NCBI GenBank assembly: GCA_913057215.1
Contig: CAJXNQ010000006.1
Coordinates: 5,117 to 69,116 of the forward strand
DNA length: 64,000 nucleotides
Reading direction: 5' to 3'
From: an uncultured Gammaproteobacteria bacterium
Lineage (GTDB): Bacteria > Pseudomonadota > Gammaproteobacteria > Pseudomonadales > Litorivicinaceae
In this document: one piece after another, positions 30,680-40,931 of the stretch
How positions within the stretch are numbered: position 1 is the first letter of the stretch
Layout of the letters: every line of letters begins with the position of its first letter
Position numbers and translations under genes: made by a program
Notes under the pieces: generated by a model
Databases searched by the model: none
Told to the model about the DNA's origin: nothing
Seen by the model: only the letters and a program-made list of their open reading frames with translations

Positions 30680-31468
30680 TTATGCGTTGATGGATCGAAT
30701 CGCCCCACCATCAACTCGAATTTGGCTTCCTGTAATATAACCCGCTTGCTCGCTGGCAAGAAAAGTCACCACAGCGCCAAATTCCCGAGGTTCTCCATAA
30801 CGCCCGGCCGGAATTGTCGCGATTGAACGCGCGCGCGCATCTTCCTCAGAGACCCCCAAAGCTTTGGCTGTTGCCTGGTCTATGGCCTGCGTCCTCAAAG
30901 TTTCAACGCGTCCAGGTAACACCATATTACAGGTTACCCCGAAAGAAGCGACCTGTTCGGCAAGCGTCTTTACGTATCCACCGACGGCTGATCGCAGCGT
31001 GTTTGAAACTGCCAATTTAGGAATCGGGACGACCATCCCACTCGACCCGATCACCAAAATCCGTCCAAAGCCAGATTCTTTCATCTTAACGGCCGCTGCA
31101 TCGATCACCTGAATCAGTCCAAGCACCATGGCATCGAACTCACGAGTCCAGGTCGATGCATCAATACCCGGAGCCATGCCGGGAGCCGGGCCACCAGAAT
31201 TTGCAACGAGTACATCGAGCCGCGGCAATCCTTGCAATGTTTCAACTAGATTTTGCCGAGCGGTCGAATCAAACAGATCACACACAGTCACTGAAGCACT
31301 CCCCCCATCTGCCTCAATCGACTGCTTGATCTCGTGCAAAGCCCCTTCTCGACGTGCGACCAACAGCACATGTGCACCCTCGGCTGCAAGTTGTCTCGCG
31401 GATGCCTCACCAAGACCCTGAGATGCTCCCATCACGACCGCGGTTCGGCCCGTTAAACCTAAATCCAT
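30680..31468 (-). CDS. SDR-family oxidoreductase
   Basis: TGRTAVVMGASQGLGEA (TGxxxGxG-like), NSGG, and classical SDR length (262 aa). Confidence 0.85.
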   Translation of the reverse strand: MDLGLTGRTAVVMGASQGLGEASARQLAAEGAHVLLVARREGALHEIKQSIEADGGSASVTVCDLFDSTARQNLVETLQGLPRLDVLVANSGGPAPGMAPGIDASTWTREFDAMVLGLIQVIDAAAVKMKESGFGRILVIGSSGMVVPIPKLAVSNTLRSAVGGYVKTLAEQVASFGVTCNMVLPGRVETLRTQAIDQATAKALGVSEEDARARSIATIPAGRYGEPREFGAVVTFLASEQAGYITGSQIRVDGGAIRSINA

Positions 31469-31477
31469 ACTGTGTTC

Positions 31478-32683
31478 CTATTCATCGAGATAGTGATCGA
31501 GCACGTGGCGACTGAATGCAAAACTTGCGGTAAAGGCTGGGCTGATCGCATTTAAAATATGTACGCACCGTCGGTCTCTCAAAATCACGAAATCATTTAC
31601 TAAATGTTGTGCCTTTGGATCAAAGATTTGTGATCGGATTCCCACTTTTGCAAGACTCGTCTGCAAATCAGTTGCTTTGACCCCATGAATCAACCGGCTG
31701 ATTTCAGCACAAACACCTGCCCTCCGAAGTAATTTAGCTTCACGCCAAGCAAGTGTTCTCAGGCCGTTTGTGTTCCGCATTAACTTCCATACCAGATTCG
31801 CACTCAATGCCATCCCGTCAGACCAAGCGATGCCATCCAATCCTTGGTAGTTCTCACGGCCAATCACGGGCGTTGAGCTCGGACCGAAAAACACTTGACC
31901 TTTGGCATTATGTGCAGTGTGAACGCCTAAAAATGGTAGATTCAAGTCAGGTATGGGATAAACGAGGCGTTGCATCCGAAACGAGGGATCGCAATGCATC
32001 CAGTACTTACCTTTAAAGGGCTGGAAACTGTAGCGCATTTCAAGGCCCGCGTTGCGCGCCACCTGATCAGCAAATAGGCCGGCAGCATTGATGATATATC
32101 CAGCTGAAAAAATCCCCTGGGGTGTCTCAACGCGCCCATCTGTGCCATGCATTTGAGTCACCTGCGTGTTGTAATGGATCAAGCCGCCAAGTCCCCGCAC
32201 GTCGTCAACCACTGCCTGAGCGACGGCTTTGTTATCAACAACGCTCGTGACTGGAATATACAATGCACAGTCAAACTGGGTATTTACACGCGGCTCGAGC
32301 ATCTGTGCGGTCTGTCCATCGATCAATTCGATTGGTACGCCGTTAGCAGCTCCGCGTTCCAGAAGAACATCAACCGAAGGCAAGGCAGATTCAGTGGGAG
32401 GGATGAGCAATTTTCCACATCGATCAGTCCATATGCCTTTTTCCTCAACATAAGCGAGCATATCTTGACTTCCAGCGACGCATAGCCTCGCTCGCAGACT
32501 GTGTTCTTGGTAATAGATCCCTGAGTGCACAACGCCTGAGTTACGACCGGTGCCATGACTGACAGAGTTTGGTTCTTTCTCAAGCACTGAAACCGTTGAG
32601 CCTGGATGTCGAAGCAACCATTCGCGTGCGAGCGTTAAACCGACAATCCCGCCACCAACGACTAATAAGTCACACTGTTTCAT
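31478..32683 (-). CDS. lhgO: L-2-hydroxyglutarate oxidase/dehydrogenase-like FAD oxidoreductase
   Basis: DLLVVGGGIVGL, GRNSGVVHSGIYY, FKGKYW, YPIPDLNLPFLGVH and ISPAFTAS are collinear with my recollection of E. coli LhgO (YgaF). I chose the ATG at 32683 (ATGA overlap with the upstream gene). Confidence 0.8.
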   Translation of the reverse strand: MKQCDLLVVGGGIVGLTLAREWLLRHPGSTVSVLEKEPNSVSHGTGRNSGVVHSGIYYQEHSLRARLCVAGSQDMLAYVEEKGIWTDRCGKLLIPPTESALPSVDVLLERGAANGVPIELIDGQTAQMLEPRVNTQFDCALYIPVTSVVDNKAVAQAVVDDVRGLGGLIHYNTQVTQMHGTDGRVETPQGIFSAGYIINAAGLFADQVARNAGLEMRYSFQPFKGKYWMHCDPSFRMQRLVYPIPDLNLPFLGVHTAHNAKGQVFFGPSSTPVIGRENYQGLDGIAWSDGMALSANLVWKLMRNTNGLRTLAWREAKLLRRAGVCAEISRLIHGVKATDLQTSLAKVGIRSQIFDPKAQHLVNDFVILRDRRCVHILNAISPAFTASFAFSRHVLDHYLDE

Positions 32684-33615
32684 CCCAACGTAATCAACCC
32701 CATCCAATCAACTAACCACAATGTGACCGGCAACGAAATCATCGACACCAGCGTCTGAATTGCCACCATCCCAGCCATCAAGTCGGCATCACCACCCAGT
32801 TGCTTTGCCAGAATATAACTTGAAGGCGCTGTTGAAACAGACATGAGCAGTAATCCAACCAACAGCCACTCGGCATCCAGATCAAATGACACACCCAAGG
32901 CCAAGAACAAAAGAGGTTTAATGACAAAAATAAGAGTCAGTACGGCCGCATTGAGACCGAGCCCGTTGCGAATCGCATGCCAGCGAATTCCGGCACCAAG
33001 ACACAAGACACCCATTGGCAAGGCTGCCTGGCCGACCAGAGCGAGCCCCGAAATCGGAAACGATGCAGGCATCCCAACCATCCGTAAAAAGCCACCCAAA
33101 CAGCATGCAAGGATCAAGGGATTACGGATCAATTCCCGCGAAATCGTTCGCAATGCTCGATCTGAGGTTCCGGCTGTCATGACTGACACGCAGGCCACAT
33201 TGATGGCCACAATGATGACCGCCGCCGAGATCCCCATCTGTGGAAGAAGCGTCGCATCGAGCCCTGCAACGACAGCCAGCGCAATAAATGTGTTGAAACG
33301 AATCACACCCTGATACACCGATGTAAAACGCGGGTATGAGGGCCCAAACCATTGGAGCCTCCAGCCGACGAATAACACGATGGTTAAACCGGCTAAAGTT
33401 CCATACAAGCTTGGCAATAAGCCTGACCACGGCACCTGAATCTGAGGAGCCGACACAATGACAGAGATCAATAAGCTTGGCATCAGAAGCCAATAAGACA
33501 GCCATTCAAGACCACGCCACAGTGACCCATCCAACGGTGCATAGCGTTTCAATAAAAAACCCAGTCCAAGGACCCAGGCGATCGGCATCACCGCATCTGC
33601 AATCAACCCGATCAT
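32680..33615 (-). CDS. AEC (auxin efflux carrier) family transporter
   Basis: 311 aa, about 10 TM helices. The N-terminus MIGLIADAVMPIAWVLGLGFLLKR is typical of AEC/MdcF-like permeases. Confidence 0.8.
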   Translation of the reverse strand: MIGLIADAVMPIAWVLGLGFLLKRYAPLDGSLWRGLEWLSYWLLMPSLLISVIVSAPQIQVPWSGLLPSLYGTLAGLTIVLFVGWRLQWFGPSYPRFTSVYQGVIRFNTFIALAVVAGLDATLLPQMGISAAVIIVAINVACVSVMTAGTSDRALRTISRELIRNPLILACCLGGFLRMVGMPASFPISGLALVGQAALPMGVLCLGAGIRWHAIRNGLGLNAAVLTLIFVIKPLLFLALGVSFDLDAEWLLVGLLLMSVSTAPSSYILAKQLGGDADLMAGMVAIQTLVSMISLPVTLWLVDWMGLITLG

Positions 33616-34502
33616 GGCACCGCTTGATCTCGACGGATGCGTGCACTGTGCATGCGATACGTAAAGAGGCCAATCAGCGCTGACAACAGAAATCCACCGC
33701 CAATAAAGTCTCGCACGCGCGGCGCCTCACCCACCATCGCCCAGACAATGATCGGTCCAATCAGGGTCTCAAGCAGCAAATATAGACCCACTTCAGGCGC
33801 TGGTAAGTACTTGGGTGCAAGCGTAATCAAGGCAAATGAAAACGGCACAATGACAAGCGCATTTAAAGCCACCCAGGCCTCGCTTCCACTGGGTACGTTA
33901 AAGCTCGGTAAATAGATAAACAGACCCAGCGCGACCAGTAAGCTTGCCACCCCATACAGCGGCCAAATGGTATCGCCTGGAAAATGGCGCGTCAGACTGA
34001 TACCGATCCCTGTGAGAATCGGTACAGCACCGGCCGAGACCCACCCTTCCCATGCGGTCTCTGCTGGAATACCAGAGCCCGCAATGAGCGCACCGGTCAT
34101 GCCAACTGCAATCGCTATCCAAAGCGCAGCATCGGTCCGTTCCTGAAAGATCAGCCAACTGGCGACCGCTGAAGCCAAGGGTGTAGTTGACACAAAGACC
34201 AGCATCGTCGGCGCACCAAGATGCGTGACACCGAACACAAATGCCATTGAGGACACGCCAAAAACCGCAATAATCGCCAATGACAACCAGCTGGGTGTTG
34301 TCAGTTGCCGGACAAACTCAGTGGGTGAGCGCATCAATGCGAACATCCAGATGACCAGCCCGATTCCAAGACCCCGCCAAAATGAAATCACGTAGGGATC
34401 CCCGTCAATGACACGAAGTGTGGCCGAATCAGGCGATAAAATCAGAACACCGGCCAGCATCAAGCAGGTGCCAAATACGTATGGACTGAGCGCTCTCATC
34501 AT
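33612..34502 (-). CDS. DMT superfamily (EamA-like) transporter
   Basis: About 297 aa, 10 TM helices, duplicated EamA-type halves. I chose the start at MMRALSPY (34502), overlapping the LysE stop. The long ORF-track N-extension is not supported. Confidence 0.8.
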   Translation of the reverse strand: MMRALSPYVFGTCLMLAGVLILSPDSATLRVIDGDPYVISFWRGLGIGLVIWMFALMRSPTEFVRQLTTPSWLSLAIIAVFGVSSMAFVFGVTHLGAPTMLVFVSTTPLASAVASWLIFQERTDAALWIAIAVGMTGALIAGSGIPAETAWEGWVSAGAVPILTGIGISLTRHFPGDTIWPLYGVASLLVALGLFIYLPSFNVPSGSEAWVALNALVIVPFSFALITLAPKYLPAPEVGLYLLLETLIGPIIVWAMVGEAPRVRDFIGGGFLLSALIGLFTYRMHSARIRRDQAVP

Positions 34503-35107
34503 GAAAACACCACCAACGTGGCTGCGGCCGCAAGCGCGCCTGCCGTAAACCAAGATAACGTTCTCGCGTGTCGAGGTTCGTTCAACCGGGCCTGCAACCA
34601 GTGCCCGCCGGCTGCATATAGCGTGATTGCCCCAACTTCGATCAGCATAAATGTTCCACCCATCACACCAACTTGATGCACAACGTCCTCTTCGGGATCG
34701 ATAAATTGCGGAAAAAACGCATAAAAAATTAACAATAGCTTCGGGTTTGTCGCAGAAATCAAGGCTTCTGCTCGCATCATGCGCCACAAGCTCATGTGAT
34801 TCACGTCGCGCTCTGCGATGTCGATTTGAGCATGAAGGGCCTGCCAGGCCATCCATAGGAGATAGCCTGCGCCGACGAACTTAAGCACCTGAAACGCATC
34901 CGCGCTCGCGGCCAGCAGCATTTCGAGGCCGATGGCCAGCAGTCCAAGCATGATCACCATCACAGGCAGACGCGCAAAACCAGCCACGACAGCGCGTTTC
35001 AACCCGTGCTGCGTTCCGTGGATTAAGGCAATCAAATTGCTAGGACCTGGAAAAAAGTTCATTCCAATACACGCCGGTAGAAATATCCACCATGCGGCCG
35101 CACTCAT
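34499..35107 (-). CDS. LysE/RhtB family amino-acid exporter
   Basis: N-terminal FFPGPSNL motif of LysE translocators, 6 TM helices. I chose the ATG at 35107. Confidence 0.85.
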   Translation of the reverse strand: MSAAAWWIFLPACIGMNFFPGPSNLIALIHGTQHGLKRAVVAGFARLPVMVIMLGLLAIGLEMLLAASADAFQVLKFVGAGYLLWMAWQALHAQIDIAERDVNHMSLWRMMRAEALISATNPKLLLIFYAFFPQFIDPEEDVVHQVGVMGGTFMLIEVGAITLYAAGGHWLQARLNEPRHARTLSWFTAGALAAAATLVVFS

Positions 35108-35143
35108 TTCAAACAGTCCCCCTAAAAAAGAAAGGCAGTGTAC

Positions 35144-35716
35144 ATGCAACTCAGACCACTTCAGCAAATCCTTTTAATCCTGATGCTTGTGCTGTGTCAC
35201 AACACGCTGCGCGCCGATACGCTCAGCCTGGCTGAGGCGGCGCAAACGACCGGGACGGTGGTCATGATCCGTCATGCACTTGCACCGGGCTTTGGGGATC
35301 CAAGTCACTTTGATATTAACCGCTGTGATACGCAGCGAAATCTAGACGATCGAGGACGTCGGCAATCCAAAGCCATTGGTCAGGCCATGCGTGGTGCAGG
35401 CTTTGAGAATCGTGGGATTCTCTCGAGCCCATGGTGTCGCTGTATGGATACCGCTGAGCTCATGGATCTGGGTGCTGTTGAAGCATTCGATGGACTGTCG
35501 TCATTTTTTCAGGATCACGCACCCCGGGGGTACACATTGAAACGTCTTCGAGATCGACTGGCTCGCGTTCAGCCAAATGATCCGCCGCTCATTATGGTGA
35601 CCCATCAGGTGGTTATCAGTGCAATTACCGGACAGGGGACACGATCCGGCGGTGCTGTGTTGTATGATCCACGCACAGATCAAGCAGTTGCTTTGGAGAT
35701 GCCGCCCACCCCATGA
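35144..35716 (+). CDS. Secreted histidine phosphatase (SixA/phosphoglycerate mutase) family protein
   Basis: Signal peptide, RHA catalytic motif (VVMIRHALAPG), and later VTHQVVI. The ATG at 35144 has better RBS spacing than the GTG at 35138. Confidence 0.7.
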   Translation: MQLRPLQQILLILMLVLCHNTLRADTLSLAEAAQTTGTVVMIRHALAPGFGDPSHFDINRCDTQRNLDDRGRRQSKAIGQAMRGAGFENRGILSSPWCRCMDTAELMDLGAVEAFDGLSSFFQDHAPRGYTLKRLRDRLARVQPNDPPLIMVTHQVVISAITGQGTRSGGAVLYDPRTDQAVALEMPPTP

Positions 35717-37296
35717 CCGCTGTACTGACAACAGACACACTGATCATCGGTGCGGGAAGTGCCGGATGCGTCCTTGCTAACCGATTGTCAGGTGACCCGA
35801 TGCATCAAGTCATGCTGCTTGAGGCCGGTGGCAATGATCGTTGGCATTGGATTCATATCCCTGTCGGATACCTCTACACAATGGGCAATCCGAGAACGGA
35901 CTGGTGCTATCGAACAACACCTCAACCGGGCTTAAATGGACGCAGCCTTGCCTATCCGCGCGGACGCGTGCTTGGAGGATCCTCGAGCATCAACGGCATG
36001 ATCTACATGCGTGGACAATCTGCAGACTACGACGCCTGGGGGCCCGGTTGGTCCTGGGAGGAGGTGCTTCCATATTTCAAACGATCTGAGCGCTATCATA
36101 GAGGCGCTGATGAGATGCACGCAGATGACGGCGAGTTGCATGTGCAAACCCAACGGTTGCAGTGGCCGATTCTTGAGCGTTTCAAGGCGGTTTGCGAGGA
36201 CAGCGGCTTCATGGATCGACCCGATTTCAATCGCGGCGACAATGCGGGTGTTGGGTACTTTGAGGTCAATCAAAAGCGTGGCGTGCGGTGGTCATCAGCG
36301 AGTGCGTTTTTAAAACCCATCCGGCATCGCGCCAACTTAGCAGTACATACAGAGACATTGACTGAGCGGCTCTTGTTTAATGGCGCCACCTGTTACGGTG
36401 TGGTCTGCTCCATTCGTGGTGTTCCAACCGAAATTCACGCTGGACGGGTGATTATAGCCGCCGGCGCCATTGGGACACCGGCTCTACTTGAACGCTCAGG
36501 TATCGGCCGGCCCGACATCCTCACCGACCATGGCATTGAAGTGCTTCACGAACTTCCAGGAGTCGGAGAAAACCTGCAGGATCATCTGCAGATTCGGCTG
36601 CAATATCGACTCGACTCAGGGGATACACTGAATACGCGCGCACGCTCATGGTGGGGTCGTGCAAAGATGGGGCTCGAATACGCTCTTAACCGATCCGGGC
36701 CGCTCTCCATGGCACCAAGCCAGTTGGGGGCATTTTTTAAATCCGCTGAGCACATCGAGCGTGCCAATCTTGAATTTCATATTCAGCCAATGAGCGCAGA
36801 CACACTGGGTACGAATCTACATCCCTTTCCCGGAATGACCGCAAGTGTCTGCAATTTGCGCCCAACCAGTCGTGGCTCGACGCATATTCAAGGCCCTCAA
36901 ATCGGCGAGGCGCCTCGCATCGATCCAAATTATCTCAACTCAGAAGACGATCGACAGGTGGCCATCGATGCCGTGCGGCGTACTCGCGCCCTGATGGACC
37001 ATCCATCACTTCAGAGTTTTGGTCCTGAAGAGTATCGCCCGGGCCGCAGCAAACAGACTGACGCAGAATTGATTCAAGCCATTGGCGATGTGGCTGCAAC
37101 AATCTTCCATCCCGTCGGCACCGCCAAAATGGGGGATGCGAGCGACCCACAGGCGGTTGTCACACCTCAGCTTTCAGTCCATGGCCTTGAGCATTTATAC
37201 ATTGCAGACGCCTCAGTGATGCCGCAGATTACCAGTGGTAACACCCATGCCCCTACCGTGATGATCGCCGAGCGCTTGGCTGATTGGCTTCACTAA
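35713..37296 (+). CDS. GMC-family FAD oxidoreductase (choline/alcohol dehydrogenase-like)
   Basis: DTLIIGAGSAGCVLANRLS, GGSSSINGMIYMRG, and the C-terminal HPVGTAKMG...DASVMP signature. Confidence 0.9.
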   Translation: MTAVLTTDTLIIGAGSAGCVLANRLSGDPMHQVMLLEAGGNDRWHWIHIPVGYLYTMGNPRTDWCYRTTPQPGLNGRSLAYPRGRVLGGSSSINGMIYMRGQSADYDAWGPGWSWEEVLPYFKRSERYHRGADEMHADDGELHVQTQRLQWPILERFKAVCEDSGFMDRPDFNRGDNAGVGYFEVNQKRGVRWSSASAFLKPIRHRANLAVHTETLTERLLFNGATCYGVVCSIRGVPTEIHAGRVIIAAGAIGTPALLERSGIGRPDILTDHGIEVLHELPGVGENLQDHLQIRLQYRLDSGDTLNTRARSWWGRAKMGLEYALNRSGPLSMAPSQLGAFFKSAEHIERANLEFHIQPMSADTLGTNLHPFPGMTASVCNLRPTSRGSTHIQGPQIGEAPRIDPNYLNSEDDRQVAIDAVRRTRALMDHPSLQSFGPEEYRPGRSKQTDAELIQAIGDVAATIFHPVGTAKMGDASDPQAVVTPQLSVHGLEHLYIADASVMPQITSGNTHAPTVMIAERLADWLH

Positions 37297-37586
37297 CGCT
37301 CAGGTTTGAATCCTGTGGCGAAATCTTCATACCACTGCCGGCCTTTGATGTCTTGAAGTCGCTCGACCTCTCTCGCCAACTGATTGATCAAGGGTTCAAG
37401 CTCAGATTCTGTCGAACCTGCAAACTCAACCATGTTGCATAAAAAAATATGCATGTTCACAAGCATGTAGTACGCATTATTATCAACCATCATTGCACGC
37501 GGTCGATCCGGCGCTTGCGCAGACAGCGTTTGAGTAATGTTGGCAAATGTTTCTAAATCAAACACAGTCGACATTGCGGACTCCAT
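37293..37586 (-). CDS. Hypothetical protein (97 aa)
   Basis: Open frame only. No motif recognised. Confidence 0.35.
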   Translation of the reverse strand: MESAMSTVFDLETFANITQTLSAQAPDRPRAMMVDNNAYYMLVNMHIFLCNMVEFAGSTESELEPLINQLAREVERLQDIKGRQWYEDFATGFKPER

Positions 37587-37613
37587 TTATCTGACATCTA
37601 TCGTGAGGATACT

Positions 37614-38033
37614 ATGTCACACACTCCATTCCATCTGGCCTTTCCAGTCACCGATTTAGAAGCGACACGACATCTCTTCTGTGATGTTCTCGGTTGTACA
37701 ACCGGTCGAGAAGCCGCGCGATGGATTGATTTCAATTTCTTTGGCCATCAAATCACCGCCCACCTTGTCGATGCGCATGGCATAGAGGATCCAACCAATC
37801 CAGTCGATGGCGAGAATGTTCCTGCGCGCCATTTTGGTGTGATTTTGCAATGGGACGAGTGGCATACACTGGCCGAGCGATTACGCTCAGCTGGCACAGT
37901 TTTTTTAATTGAACCCACGGTCCGATTTGCCGGTGAAGTCGGCGAACAAGCGACGTTGTTTTTCAAAGATCCCTCTGGCAACGCACTGGAATTTAAATCC
38001 TTCAGGGATCCCGAGCAGATTTTTGCAACCTAA
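37614..38033 (+). CDS. VOC (glyoxalase/bleomycin resistance/dioxygenase) family protein
   Basis: [22 protein letters not shown]...HFGV...[11 protein letters not shown] is a typical VOC beta-alpha-beta-beta-beta pattern. Confidence 0.75.
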   Translation: MSHTPFHLAFPVTDLEATRHLFCDVLGCTTGREAARWIDFNFFGHQITAHLVDAHGIEDPTNPVDGENVPARHFGVILQWDEWHTLAERLRSAGTVFLIEPTVRFAGEVGEQATLFFKDPSGNALEFKSFRDPEQIFAT

Positions 38034-38094
38034 CCTTTGATTTGTGCACTGCGTCTGACATAGCGTTTCCTCATAATAAAAAAATGAGGCGCCT

Positions 38095-38475
38095 ATGCAG
38101 ACAGAACTCTTGGCTGCGCAAGCACTCCTGCTTGCGCTTGAAGACAGTGTGGATAATGGGGTCACCCAAGGCATCCGATTTGAATCATGGGATTTGGTGT
38201 TTTCAGATGGCGGCCCGTTGCTATCCAGTTTAATCGCGTTCGATCGGGACTGCCCTTTCTCGAATCTGGATTTACCAAGTCGTGAGCAGGTGCAGCTGGT
38301 CTACGAAACCTATCGCTCCAGATTACAGGTCATCAGTTGGATGCCACCAATGCAAGCCTACGCCCGGGCACTCCTGATCGATCAGATTTACCCAGAGGCC
38401 TGCGCCTCCATGTCTGTTCATCCGGTCTGCTTGGACGGGCTCAGCCGGTTACTCGATAGCGAATTTACGGTTTAA
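38095..38475 (+). CDS. Hypothetical protein (126 aa)
   Basis: Open frame only. No motif recognised. Confidence 0.4.
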   Translation: MQTELLAAQALLLALEDSVDNGVTQGIRFESWDLVFSDGGPLLSSLIAFDRDCPFSNLDLPSREQVQLVYETYRSRLQVISWMPPMQAYARALLIDQIYPEACASMSVHPVCLDGLSRLLDSEFTV

Positions 38476-39122
38476 GCCTGCGGTGAAGCCAGTAGATTTT
38501 GAATGTCCTCAAGCATGCCATCGGCATCGCCATGACGGACGGCGATCGGGTAGCCCTGTTCGTCGCGAATAAGAAGTAGACTTGGGTAACCAGTCACTTC
38601 AAGGCGTTCAGCAAGCGCGCGTTGCTCGTCGTGAACAGCTCGGACGTCTGCACTTTCAAGCTCGCTCTTAAAGGCCTCACCCCGAAAGCCAAAGGACGTT
38701 GCCAAGTTCACCAGCACCTCAACATCCCACACGTTGGTGGCCTCGTTGTAGTAGGCATCCTGTATGCGCTCTGCAAACGCTTCACCACGACCGGCCAACC
38801 GTTCAGCGGCAATCACCGCACGACAGGCGATATAGGTTGTTCGTGGAGGTAAGGGCTTTTGTTCCCAATAGCTATAATTAAAGGGGACAGCACAGACAGA
38901 CTCGATCCGCGTCCACACTTCCTTCAGATACGCAGCTGTTTCCGGCGCCATTGGCACATCAGAATCATCAGCCAGGCCACCGAGTAAAGACACCACCGGA
39001 AGTGTTTTGGGAAGCTGTTTTTTGAGTGCTTGCCAGGTCGGACGGAAGCCGTAACACCAACTGCACATGGGATCATGCACATAAATCAGTATGTGATCTG
39101 GCGCGTTGGTTGTCTCAGTCAT
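38472..39122 (-). CDS. DsbA-family thioredoxin-fold protein
   Basis: Active-site-like CSWCYG near the N-terminus, and a length typical of cytoplasmic DsbA-like (COG3531-type) proteins. Confidence 0.75.
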   Translation of the reverse strand: MTETTNAPDHILIYVHDPMCSWCYGFRPTWQALKKQLPKTLPVVSLLGGLADDSDVPMAPETAAYLKEVWTRIESVCAVPFNYSYWEQKPLPPRTTYIACRAVIAAERLAGRGEAFAERIQDAYYNEATNVWDVEVLVNLATSFGFRGEAFKSELESADVRAVHDEQRALAERLEVTGYPSLLLIRDEQGYPIAVRHGDADGMLEDIQNLLASPQA

Positions 39123-39495
39123 GCGTGACCTCCGATATCACATCCATCGCATTTCGCATCGCTTCAAGCCCGGCTGGGCACCCACAGTAGGCTGCGATTT
39201 GCAAACACACATCGCGTATTTCCTCGGGAGTCACCGAATTATTTAAAGCGCCACGCACATGCCCTTTAAACTCAGTCGCGCGGTTCAGTGCGGCCAACAT
39301 TCCCAAATTAATTAACGAGCGCTCTCGATCTGACAGGCGCGTTTGATTCCAAATCTCATCCCAAGCCACACGCGTGACAAAGTCTTGCATCGGCATCGTC
39401 AACGGATCGGCTGTTGATAAGGCGCGATCCACAAATGCATCCCCCATCACCTGACGTCGCTTCTTGAGTCCGCGCTCAAAGGCATCTGTTGTCAT
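39115..39495 (-). CDS. Carboxymuconolactone decarboxylase (AhpD-like) family protein
   Basis: WDEIWNQTRLSDRERSLINLGMLAALNR..EFKGHVRGALNN..T.EEIRDV.LQIAAYCGCPAG is the classic gamma-CMD pattern. The ATG at 39495 overlaps the gabD stop (ATGA). Confidence 0.8.
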   Translation of the reverse strand: MTTDAFERGLKKRRQVMGDAFVDRALSTADPLTMPMQDFVTRVAWDEIWNQTRLSDRERSLINLGMLAALNRATEFKGHVRGALNNSVTPEEIRDVCLQIAAYCGCPAGLEAMRNAMDVISEVTHD

Positions 39496-40931
39496 ATCGA
39501 AATCCCAATACATCCATATTTCACTTCCAAAAACTCATCGATACCATGCGGCCCACCCTCTCGACCAAGCCCGGATTCTTTCACGCCACCAAAGGGCGCG
39601 ACTTCAGTCGAGATGATTCCAGTATTCACACCCACAATGCCGTAATCCAAAGCCTCGTACACGCGATAGGTGCGCGATACATCCTGAGTGTAGAAATACG
39701 CAGCCAATCCAGACTGAGTTTCATTGGCCCAAGAGACCACCTCGGCTTCTGTTTCAAACCGATACACCGGCGCCACCGGGCCAAACGTCTCTTCGCGTGC
39801 CATACGCATGTCATGCGTTACACCGGTCAACACCGTTGGTGTGTAATACTGTGGCCCTGCAGGGTGTGGTGTTCCACCACACACAATCTGTGCACCCTGA
39901 GTCGTGGCGTCCTCAACATGCGCAACGACCTTCGCCATGCCATCAGCATTGATCAATGGCCCAATCTCGACCCCGCGCGCGGCACCATCACCGACCTCCA
40001 GCGCAGAGACCCGCTTGGCAAACCGAGCGACGAATTCATCATGAATCCCGCTCTGGACATAGATGCGATTTGCACAGACGCAGGTTTGTCCCGCATTTCT
40101 AAACTTACAGAGCATGGCACCATCGAGTGCCGCCTCAAGATCTGCGTCATCAAATACGATAAAAGGTGCGTTCCCACCGAGCTCGAGGGACAACTTCTTG
40201 ACGGTCTCTGCAGACTGCCGATACAGCACTTTACCAACGGCTGTCGATCCCGTGAATGTGACCTTCCGAACACGCGGGTCTGCGATCAGTCGCGCACCAA
40301 TTCCAGGTGCGTCAAGGCCTGTGACACAATTGAGGACACCTGGAGGCATACCCGCCTCTCCCGCCAGTGCACACAATGCCAAGGCGGTCAACGGCGTATC
40401 TTCAGATGGCTTCACCACCACGGTGCAACCAGCCGCCAGTGCTGGAGAGACTTTCCGGGTAATCATCGCCAATGGAAAGTTCCACGGTGTAATGGCCAAT
40501 ACGACGCCCACGGGCTGCTTAATCGCCATAATCCGCTTATCCGGCATGTGTGCCGGGATAATCTGACCATAGGTTCGCCGTGCTTCGGCAGCAAACCAAT
40601 CGACGAAGCTGGCTCCGTAGTTCACCTCAGCCAAGGCCTCTGCGCGGGGCTTACCCATCTCTTGAGTAATCAAATCAGCCAGTGCATCGGCATGATCCCG
40701 AATCAGGTCATACCAACGCATCAATATGTCTGAGCGCGCTTTTGCGGTGTACTTGGACCAATCAGAAAACGCATTCTCAGCTGCATCGAGTGCAGCCATC
40801 GCGTCATCCGCCGACAAATCGGCCACCGATGCAACGACGGTTTGCGTGGCCGGATTGATCACGTCAAATGTCTTCAGATCCCCTGCATCGACCCAGTCAC
40901 CTTGGATATAAGATTTTGGCATGTATTGCAT
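39492..40931 (-). CDS. gabD: NAD(P)-dependent succinate-semialdehyde dehydrogenase
   Basis: 479 aa. Aldehyde dehydrogenase Glu and Cys blocks (LELGGNAP, FRNAGQTCVCANR), overall GabD-like. Confidence 0.88.
   Translation of the reverse strand: MQYMPKSYIQGDWVDAGDLKTFDVINPATQTVVASVADLSADDAMAALDAAENAFSDWSKYTAKARSDILMRWYDLIRDHADALADLITQEMGKPRAEALAEVNYGASFVDWFAAEARRTYGQIIPAHMPDKRIMAIKQPVGVVLAITPWNFPLAMITRKVSPALAAGCTVVVKPSEDTPLTALALCALAGEAGMPPGVLNCVTGLDAPGIGARLIADPRVRKVTFTGSTAVGKVLYRQSAETVKKLSLELGGNAPFIVFDDADLEAALDGAMLCKFRNAGQTCVCANRIYVQSGIHDEFVARFAKRVSALEVGDGAARGVEIGPLINADGMAKVVAHVEDATTQGAQIVCGGTPHPAGPQYYTPTVLTGVTHDMRMAREETFGPVAPVYRFETEAEVVSWANETQSGLAAYFYTQDVSRTYRVYEALDYGIVGVNTGIISTEVAPFGGVKESGLGREGGPHGIDEFLEVKYGCIGISI

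Noticed and set aside
39489-40733. A 414-codon open frame on the plus strand, antisense to gabD.
   Set aside because: It is fully embedded opposite a well-supported aldehyde dehydrogenase gene. Its translation is low-complexity (rich in R/S/H/C) with no motif. Long antisense frames arise naturally from the codon bias of the sense gene. No RBS or independent evidence.
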